Assembly: GCA_024704765.1 (NCBI GenBank)
Contig: JAKMXF010000011.1
Location: 851,557 to 915,556, forward strand
DNA length: 64,000 nucleotides
Reading direction: 5' to 3'
Source of the DNA: Oopsacas minuta
Lineage: Eukaryota > Animalia > Porifera
A program made the position numbers and the translations under genes. The first letter of the stretch is position 1, and the number at the start of each line of letters is the position of its first letter. The notes under the pieces were generated by a model. The model was not told the DNA's origin. It saw nothing but the letters and a program-made list of their open reading frames with translations, and made no database searches. Positions 55,931 through 64,000 of this stretch are shown here, piece by piece.

Positions 55931-57140
55931 TCGGAATCTCTAGTTATAATGGTCTGGATACAACAACAGTAGTGCAGAGTTATTTCAAACATATCAATAA
56001 TGAGTAATTAAACACCCGTCCCAATGTACCGTATTTCCCTGAATAACCTCCGGGGGCTAAAGAAACGCTCCTAGAGATCGCCACCCTATAGAATATTTTT
56101 GATGTAAATTAAGCTTCATTTCACTATGCAACAGATTAAGACTATTATTCTATATTTTGTATTTTCAAATCCGAAAAATATTAAAAAAGACAGAAAAATG
56201 CACTTAAAATTTGTGAAACAATCAAACCTGAGGATGAATTAGTAGAATTAACAGAAAGGATAAATAAGAACTGTGAAGTGAAGTGTGAAGGCGATAATGA
56301 AGTAATATATATGCAGAATATATAAGACCACCCAGGTCCAAATATGAGGTTATCAACAAGTGGGCTGTGCTACAATAACAAGTAGATTCATTTGTATACT
56401 TGGGTGGTCTTCTATCTTTGCATATGAACAACTTCACTACACATTCACACTTAATCACTACCATGCTCAACGAATTCTCATTCACACTTATTTCTCTGAC
56501 ATTAAAGGATGTGACAACTTATCAAATGAAATCTTGGGATGAAACTAAGGTCGATTGTCTAAAAGATGTCTCTGCCCCCCATGGACTGGGGGTGAGTAAT
56601 TTTACTGATAAATAATACTACTGCATGTCCTAAGTCACCGATTGAAGCAGTAATTATGATATATTCTGCTTTAAGATTAGCAATTATACATGCTAACAAC
56701 ATTTAATATTTGATTTGATTAGTGTTACACTATCATATAGTTCCTTTCTTAGATCACTGATTAGTTCTACATTTTTGGAAGTATTAAGTCAGTATATCAT
56801 CGTCAACATTCTAAATCAGGATGATGTGGATGATATTATGTCCAATAGATAAGTTAGTTGTATAATTTTGTTAATGTATCCGCTTTTGAAATTAAACTCT
56901 AGACTAACAACCTATTATGAACATTGGAATGCATTTAGACAACTTCCACTCAATTTGTTACAAATGATTTCATTTCAACATCACATGGGTAGGTATAAAT
57001 ATCTATATGTAGTAGGCAGGCTCATACACTATAAATCTTCATATATATTACTTATTGAGTTTCAAAAAGGTTGATCACATAGATTTGAATTGAATTTCTT
57101 CTGGTTGAGAATTTATTCGCTCTGCTATTGTAACTACAAA

Positions 57141-60100
57141 ATGCGTTTGCTGTTGTTGGTACTTTTGCTACAACTTGTATACACAGTACAAGCATTCTAT
57201 CGGCTTGGAACAGTAGGTGTAGGCTCCACCAGTGGTACAATCTACTTGATAGATTCAAATTCGTTATTTCTAAGAGGTTTCTCTGCAACTGAAGCATTAG
57301 TCTTCCGTGGAGGTTCTGGAAGTACTTTAGTTACTGCTACAACCAGTGGTGCTCTCTCCAATGTAAACATGGTGATGGATGGTGATAATGACTGGTTGAG
57401 TGTATCACCCATTGAAATACGCACTGCCAGCGGGGATCAGCTGATCACATCGTTTGATATTCCAGGAAATATCCAAATTCCCTGTACAGCTGAGTATCTC
57501 GGAAGGTTCACTAGAGGAGGCTTTAGCACTCTTCATTCTTTAGCTGGACATGTGTTTTTCGATTCTTCGAATAGACGACTGTTCGTAGCAGGTCTCTATC
57601 TAGATGGAAGTGCTCCTGCAGCCTACATGTGGCTAAGTACTAGTACAACACCCTTGTCAACTGGTGTTAGAGCAGGATACAATGGTAGATATGGGAGAGT
57701 AGATGACGTAAACAACCTGGATGCAAATGTAACATTCCCAATAGGAGGTGTGCAGACAGGATACAGATCTCTCTCGGTTTGGTGTGAGGCATTCACTGTA
57801 TCATTCGGACATGTAGTTATCCCTATATCCTCTGATTCATTTGAATGTAGCACAACCTACGGACCAGTAATGTTAGGTAATACTCCTGCTAGTCATGGTG
57901 TTTCTGCAAAAGCGTATGTGCTAGGACCAAATACGATTGGGCTAAAGAACTTGTATTTCGATGGGAGTGCCCCTGCTACATGGTATTGGGCTGGAGCAAC
58001 AAGTGATGTGCATGACGGCTTCATAGTTGCTAGCGAAACTGGGAGCTTAGCTGCACTAGGATCTCGCAGCAATGCTAACATCGTATTAACACTTCCATCT
58101 GACTATGACGTGTGTAATACAAATTTCCTTGGTTTGTACTGTGTTTTAGCTTCAGTCTCATTCGGTCAGGTCTACTTCAGTACTGAATTTGGCTGCTCGA
58201 ATTGTCCTGCTATTTGCAAAACAGTAACGCAAGCAGCTGTACCTAGCTTCCAATGTCAAGATCTCAGTAGTACTGATCAATTGGAATACCGGTATGATCC
58301 CACGAATAGCCTAGTTACATTTAGATTCCATACTTGCAATCTAGAAGCTAATCAGTACTTTGCGTTTGGATTGAGTGCTAGTAACTTTGGAGTATCCATG
58401 GCACCAAACGGTGACGTTGCAGTGTGTCAATACTCTACAACTGGTGTTGTAGATTGTTCAGATTATGATCTGACCATAAGATCACAGTGTGCATTATCTG
58501 GTGGGAGTTATAATGGAGCTTGTCCTGATAAAGTTCTCACTGGAGGTGTGAATAATTATATCAACACACAAGTTGAAACTATCAACGCCTTGACAACCTT
58601 TACTACAACAAGAGCTGTAACCACAGCAGACAGTCATGACAAGGATTTTACACCTGGTACACCTCAGTATATTATTTGGGCACGTGGAGGAACATTTTCT
58701 TCTCCTACCAGTGAGAGATGGGTACTACGTCATGCACCTAGCGACCGTATTTCTGCTGTTTCCCCTATACAAATTGATTATGGTAGCACTTCTACTTGTC
58801 CACAACCTTTGGAGTGTCCCATGTCTACGCCTGAGCCTGCGACAGCTTGGGAAATTCCTCCACTCTGTATCAACTCTATGAATAGTGAAATACAAGCCTC
58901 CATTGGGAATACAGGAGGTAGACAAGGATACAAAGCGATTACTGGTCAGGATGGATGGGGCATAGCTTGGTATCTGAATGGCTTGCTTATCCCTGAGGTA
59001 TATGTATTGCGTGGGACAACAGTTACTTTCTATGTTAACGGAGGAAATAATCCTGCCGCATCAGCTAGTTACCATCCTTTCTACATAACAAGCTCTGACC
59101 AAGGAAGCATTAGCGCTATTGCACTTGCTGGAATAACCATTGATGAGACTGTATTGGCTGGTTTGAATTACAATCTACTAACACAAACAGTCACAGATCT
59201 GACTGTAGGTCCATACTGTGAATGGACAGAAACGCAAGGATTTGGTGACAACTTCGACACATTTGAAGAATACAAAAACACACTAGATTACTCTTGCAGT
59301 AATAGTGTTAGTTCTGGCAGCTTTCAATGGACACCAAATGCAACTACGAGCGATCTTGTTTATTATCAATGTGCTACACATCGTCTGTTGGGATGGAAGA
59401 TTCATGTTGTTGATTCGCTAACTTCGTGTTACCAAATGGCTGGGATTACTACTACTATGGCAACTACAACCACTGAACCTATAACTACTGAATCTGTAAC
59501 TACAACTCAACCTATAACTACTACAGAACCTATAACTATTGATACTGAACCTGCAACCACTGAACCTATAACTACAACTGAACCTATAACTACGACTACA
59601 GAACCTATAACTACAACTGAACCTATAACTACAACTGAACCTATAACTACGACTACAGAACCTATAACTACAACTGAACCTATAACTACGACTACAGAAC
59701 CTATAACTACCGAACCTATAACTGCAACAACCGAACCTATAACTACTGAACCAACAGCAATCACCAGTTCATTCCCTTGGATCATCCCACCAATTTGCAT
59801 TGATTCCCAATCCAATTCAATCAAAGCAGCAATAGGAGAAGCTAAAGATGGTTCACAAATTTGGTACTTGAATTTACTACCAATCCCTGAAATCTATATT
59901 CAGCGGGGTACCGAAGTAAAATTTTATGTAAATGGTGGAAACGATCAGTCAGATCCCGAAAAATATCATCCGTTGTATTTGACCAGCTCAAATGTTGGTG
60001 GAATACTTAATCTGATGAATGAAGGTAAACCTTTGGATGAGAGGGTTTATGCTGGTATACAGCTTGTTGGAAATCGCGTTGCATCCGTTACTGATGGAAG

Positions 60101-60416
60101 TATATGTAGTTATTTAACCCATAAAGATGCCAATGACTATGATTCGCTTCAAGAATTCCAAGATTCATTGGATTTTGTTTGTATTGGAAATAGAGAGACA
60201 GGTGAATTTAGTTGGACTCCTGACGCAAACACTTCAGACACTATATACTATCAATGTGCTCAGCATGAGAATCATGGTATGAAAATACACGTAGTGGATG
60301 ACCTGGAAGATTGTCACTATCTTCTTCAACTCGCTGCGAGCAGTGCTAGTTCTCTTCTCCCCTTCTTCTTCCTGCTATTTATTGGGTGCTTAATCGCCCT
60401 GTTTCTTATTTTTTAA
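57141..60416 (+). CDS. Knickkopf/Skeletor-like cell-surface protein 2: signal peptide, DM13 domains, DOMON, two C-terminal plastocyanin-like domains separated by a Thr-rich stalk, GPI-like tail (1091 aa)
   Basis: MRLLLLVLLLQLVYTVQA signal; DM13 motifs (LYLDGSAPAAYMW, LSVWCEAFTVSFG, NIVLTLP, LYCVLASVSFG). The GIAWYLNGLLIPEVYV.RG...YHPFYIT...WTP...YYQC..H..GWKIHV motif set occurs twice, in a more diverged form the second time. Hydrophobic C-terminus. The track starts at a TTG (57090). Confidence 0.88.
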   Translation: MRLLLLVLLLQLVYTVQAFYRLGTVGVGSTSGTIYLIDSNSLFLRGFSATEALVFRGGSGSTLVTATTSGALSNVNMVMDGDNDWLSVSPIEIRTASGDQLITSFDIPGNIQIPCTAEYLGRFTRGGFSTLHSLAGHVFFDSSNRRLFVAGLYLDGSAPAAYMWLSTSTTPLSTGVRAGYNGRYGRVDDVNNLDANVTFPIGGVQTGYRSLSVWCEAFTVSFGHVVIPISSDSFECSTTYGPVMLGNTPASHGVSAKAYVLGPNTIGLKNLYFDGSAPATWYWAGATSDVHDGFIVASETGSLAALGSRSNANIVLTLPSDYDVCNTNFLGLYCVLASVSFGQVYFSTEFGCSNCPAICKTVTQAAVPSFQCQDLSSTDQLEYRYDPTNSLVTFRFHTCNLEANQYFAFGLSASNFGVSMAPNGDVAVCQYSTTGVVDCSDYDLTIRSQCALSGGSYNGACPDKVLTGGVNNYINTQVETINALTTFTTTRAVTTADSHDKDFTPGTPQYIIWARGGTFSSPTSERWVLRHAPSDRISAVSPIQIDYGSTSTCPQPLECPMSTPEPATAWEIPPLCINSMNSEIQASIGNTGGRQGYKAITGQDGWGIAWYLNGLLIPEVYVLRGTTVTFYVNGGNNPAASASYHPFYITSSDQGSISAIALAGITIDETVLAGLNYNLLTQTVTDLTVGPYCEWTETQGFGDNFDTFEEYKNTLDYSCSNSVSSGSFQWTPNATTSDLVYYQCATHRLLGWKIHVVDSLTSCYQMAGITTTMATTTTEPITTESVTTTQPITTTEPITIDTEPATTEPITTTEPITTTTEPITTTEPITTTEPITTTTEPITTTEPITTTTEPITTEPITATTEPITTEPTAITSSFPWIIPPICIDSQSNSIKAAIGEAKDGSQIWYLNLLPIPEIYIQRGTEVKFYVNGGNDQSDPEKYHPLYLTSSNVGGILNLMNEGKPLDERVYAGIQLVGNRVASVTDGSICSYLTHKDANDYDSLQEFQDSLDFVCIGNRETGEFSWTPDANTSDTIYYQCAQHENHGMKIHVVDDLEDCHYLLQLAASSASSLLPFFFLLFIGCLIALFLIF
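59472..59756 (+). repeat. Mucin-like coding repeat, 12 EPIT units plus variants (18/21-bp GAACCTATAACTAC... units)
   Basis: Directly visible; encodes (EPITT[T][T])n. Confidence 0.97.
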
Positions 60417-61686
60417 CTGTTTTGCTATGTAAAAACTACCTTAGTGTATACAAGTTACATTTGTTGTTTTGATAATATTTTCAGTGGACCTTTACGTATC
60501 ACCGTTAATTAAGGATATTTCATATTGATTGATAATTTGTCATACTCTATATTACGTTTGATAGAGAGCCAGTAGATTAAATTGTCAATTTTCTAGAATC
60601 CGCGGAATTGATCTATTATGCATGTATTCTGAGATTTTCAGCGACCTATAGACATTCATTAGAGACTATTAATATTTTCTATTACAGCTATTTGTTGTTT
60701 TATTGATGTTCTGCAATACAATATGTCGGTGTAGCAGAACTCCTGATTATAAAGTATTCGGATTATGTGATTCTACTTTATCAATATTCGCTGAAATATA
60801 TTCTTCTATGTATCAACATAATTGCTAATTTGTATTTTAATCGATTTTGTAATGGAATTGATGGGAAATCCATATTAATCAATGTATTACTAGAAATCCA
60901 GGAAGTTGGATAATATTGAGTATCAGGAAGACAGTCAATAAATTGTATAATCTTGGTCGAGAGTTAAGTTATGCAATCGTGCTATTTAATATTTAAAGCA
61001 ATTATTACTCGCTTTCAATAGAATATTTGACTTAAACATAAACGGATGAGGAATATTAGCATAACATAATTTATTAAGAGAAAATTACTTATATTTCCAA
61101 TTATATATAGACTAGATTAGGTTGCGAATAACAGCCTGACCTATTTCCTCTTCCTGCCAGGAGAATTTTCTTAGAATCCAACTTTCACCATGGAATTATA
61201 GGCTGTATGGAGTTCCATTATGAATATATAATCTAAGAAATGGCTTTTACACTATCATGAAATCAATTGTGCCATTATCTAATACAAAGAATACTTTTCT
61301 TCATAGGCCTTATCCAGCTAATTTACTAGATTTATAGACCTGTAATGCTAGATCCTGCAACAACAACAACAGTTAGCACAGGAAGCGGAAGCGTTTGTTG
61401 GTAACAGCTTTCATACTCGATAGAATTCCTTAATAAAATAGCCATCGTGGCGGCGCGCGTGCTTGTGTCAACTAGGTATTAAGAAATATGGCAGCATAAA
61501 ATTAACTGAGCCTTGACTGTCTATCTTAAATTATAATAGAGGTATAGGAGTATAAATATAGGTAAATCTATTTTCACATTGTTTTGGAGTCAGTAAATAT
61601 ATATTTTAAGGCCTTTAGAATTCGAAAATTTAATTATTTAAATATTTAAGCACTACAAATAGCTCACTAATAATACCCACTACAAG

Positions 61687-64000
61687 ATGCGGTTGCTGTT
61701 GTTGGTACTTTTGCTACAACTTGTATACACAGTACAAGCATTCTATCGGCTTGGAACAGTAGGTGTAGGCTCCACCAGTGGTACAATCTACTTGATAGAT
61801 TCAAATTCGTTATTTCTAAGAGGTTTCCGTGCAACTGAAGCATTAGTCTTCCGTGGAGGTTCTGGAAGTACTCTAGTTACTGCTACAACCAGTGGTGCTC
61901 TCTCCAATGTAAACATGATGCTGGATGGTAATAATGACTGGTTGGAAGCATCACCCATTGAGATCCGTACTGCCAGCGGAGATGAGCTAATCACATCGTT
62001 TGATATTCCAGGAAATATCCAAATTCCCTGTACAGCTGAGTATCTCGGAAGGTTCACTAGAGGAGGCGCTAGCACTCTTCATTCTTTATCTGGACATGTG
62101 TTTTTCGATTCTTCGAATAGACGACTGTTCGTAGCTGGACTAAATCTTGACGGAAGTGCTCCTGCAGCCTACATGTGGCTAAGTACTAGTACAACACCGA
62201 GCGGTGGCGGAAGGAGAACAGGATACAATGGTAGATATGGGAAAGTAGATGACGTCAATAACCAGGATGCTAACGTTACATATCCGGTACCGTTAAGTGA
62301 CGTACAGGTTGTTTACAGATCTCTCTCGGTTTGGTGTGTAGACTTTAGTGTATCATTCGGACATGTAGTTATACCTGAAGTAACTGATTCATTCGGATGC
62401 AGTACATCCTACGGATCTGTAAAATTAGGCGATACTCCAGCTAAACATGGTGTTTCTGCTAATGTTTACGTGTTAGGCCCAAATACGATTGGGTTACAAA
62501 ACATGAATTATGGTGGGGATGCGCCCGGTACATGGTATTGGGCTGGAACAACAAGTGATGTGCATACCGGCTTCATAGTTGCTGATGAGACTGGTAGCTT
62601 AGGAACACTAAGTGAAATCAGTAATGCCAACGTTGTGTTAACGCTTCCAACTGACTATGATGTGTGCAATACAAATTTCTTTAGTGTGTACTGCGTTATA
62701 GCATCAGTTTCATTTGGTGAAGTATTTTTTGATAGTTCTTATGGATGCACAAACTGTCCTCAAATCTGTAAGACTGTAGGTGAACCAGGTCCTGTTTTCC
62801 AATGTAAGGACCTTAGTAGCACTGAGCAAATTGAATACCGGTATGATTCCAATAATAGCCTGGTTACATTTAGATTCCATACTTGCAATCTAGAAGCGAA
62901 TGAGTACTTTGCATTTGGAATAAGTGCCAGTAACTCTGGAGTAGCAATGTCACCAAACGGTGACGTTGCAGTGTGTCAATACTCTACAACTGGTGTTGTA
63001 GATTGTTCAGATTATGATCTGACCATAAGATCACAGTGTGCATTATCTGGTGGGAGTTATAATGGAGCTTGTCCTGATACAGTTCTCACTGGAGGTGTGA
63101 ATAATTATATCAACACACAAGTTGAAACTATCAACGCCTTGACAACCTTTACTACAACTCGTGCTGTCAACACGACAGATAGTCATGACAAGGTATATAC
63201 ACCTGGTACACCTCAGTATATTATTTGGGCACGTGGAGGAACATTTTCTTCTCCTACCAGCGAGAGATGGGTACTACGTCATGCTTCCGATAACCGTATA
63301 TCTAGTTCTGCACCTATTCAAATAGATTTCGCAGCTAATCAATCATGTACCAGATCACTACTATGTCCTACAACCACACCAGCACCAAAGGCACCTTGGA
63401 AAGTTCCTCCAATTTGCATCGAACCTGATAATAATCAGATCAATGCAGCCATTGGTAACACAGGTGGAGTACAGGGGTATAAGGGAATCACTGGTAAAGA
63501 TGGATGGGGTATAGCTTGGTATCTGAATGGCTATCTTATCCCTGAGGTATATGTATTGCGTGGCACAACAGTTAGGTTCTATGTTAATGGGGGAAACGAT
63601 CCTGACGACTCAGCTTCTTACCATCCACTTTATATAACCAGCTCTAACGAAGGAGGCATTAACGTTCTCCAAGAAGCTGGAGAATCCATTACAGAGACTG
63701 TGTATGCTGGTTTGGATTACAATCAAGCCGCACAAACTGTTACAGATTTGACTGTAGGTCCCTATTGCGAATGGGAAGAAACAGAGGGTGGTGGAGACAA
63801 CTTCAACTCGTTTTCTCGATACGAAGAAACGCTAGAATACTCATGTAGCAGCACTGTTCTTTCAGGAATTTTTGAATGGACAGCTAATACAGAATCTAAC
63901 GGTCCTTTCTACTACCAATGTGCTACACATCGACTACTGGGATGGAAGATATATGTTGTGGACGATTTGGAAGAATGCTTTGCACTTCAATCAGCTGCGT
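61687..64000 (+). CDS. Knickkopf/Skeletor-like DM13-DOMON protein 3; 3' end runs off the window (absent from the ORF track)
   Basis: ATGCGGTTGCTGTTGTTGG at 61687 begins a sequence nearly identical to the start of gene 2. The last line (…YQCATHRLLGWKIYVVDDLEECFALQSAA) is in the same frame as the ATG. Confidence 0.88.
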   Translation, partial: MRLLLLVLLLQLVYTVQAFYRLGTVGVGSTSGTIYLIDSNSLFLRGFRATEALVFRGGSGSTLVTATTSGALSNVNMMLDGNNDWLEASPIEIRTASGDELITSFDIPGNIQIPCTAEYLGRFTRGGASTLHSLSGHVFFDSSNRRLFVAGLNLDGSAPAAYMWLSTSTTPSGGGRRTGYNGRYGKVDDVNNQDANVTYPVPLSDVQVVYRSLSVWCVDFSVSFGHVVIPEVTDSFGCSTSYGSVKLGDTPAKHGVSANVYVLGPNTIGLQNMNYGGDAPGTWYWAGTTSDVHTGFIVADETGSLGTLSEISNANVVLTLPTDYDVCNTNFFSVYCVIASVSFGEVFFDSSYGCTNCPQICKTVGEPGPVFQCKDLSSTEQIEYRYDSNNSLVTFRFHTCNLEANEYFAFGISASNSGVAMSPNGDVAVCQYSTTGVVDCSDYDLTIRSQCALSGGSYNGACPDTVLTGGVNNYINTQVETINALTTFTTTRAVNTTDSHDKVYTPGTPQYIIWARGGTFSSPTSERWVLRHASDNRISSSAPIQIDFAANQSCTRSLLCPTTTPAPKAPWKVPPICIEPDNNQINAAIGNTGGVQGYKGITGKDGWGIAWYLNGYLIPEVYVLRGTTVRFYVNGGNDPDDSASYHPLYITSSNEGGINVLQEAGESITETVYAGLDYNQAAQTVTDLTVGPYCEWEETEGGGDNFNSFSRYEETLEYSCSSTVLSGIFEWTANTESNGPFYYQCATHRLLGWKIYVVDDLEECFALQSAA

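Noticed and set aside
56027-56062. TACCGTATTTCCCTGAATAA, resembling a mariner/pogo-type terminal repeat
   Set aside because: No matching opposite TIR or second copy was found in the window.

Overview
AT-rich, very compact eukaryotic (animal-type) genomic DNA. Most genes are single-exon, and many CDS-to-CDS gaps are only 150-450 bp. This style suggests an intron-poor early-branching animal such as a glass sponge (inference only). Housekeeping and signalling genes read from the sequence: SLC22A18 (partial), ELOC, MECR, lipin, an 8-exon WDR62/MAPKBP1, AP5S1, a GAF-GAF PDE5/11-like phosphodiesterase, HSD17B7, MPV17L2, a 4-exon PLAC8 gene, PFDN2, a 6-exon VPS51, XRCC1, a CHST-type sulfotransferase, RBMS, an F-BAR-RhoGAP, C19orf47, a stand-alone saccharopine dehydrogenase and AATF. 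Also present are a U11 minor-spliceosome snRNA and eight TA-flanked CAGT-ended MITEs in three families. The most unusual items are: (1) a single-ORF fusion of PHAF1 to a katanin-p80 con80-like domain; (2) three short, divergent Maf/CNC-like bZIP genes nested in a 4-kb WDR62 intron; (3) a tandem pair of FEM1-like ankyrin/BC-box genes; (4) a trio of Knickkopf/Skeletor-like DM13-DOMON surface-protein genes, one broken by a microhomology-type deletion; and (5) long same-strand, operon-like gene runs with splice acceptors just before the ATGs. All family calls come from motif recognition by eye; no database search was run.
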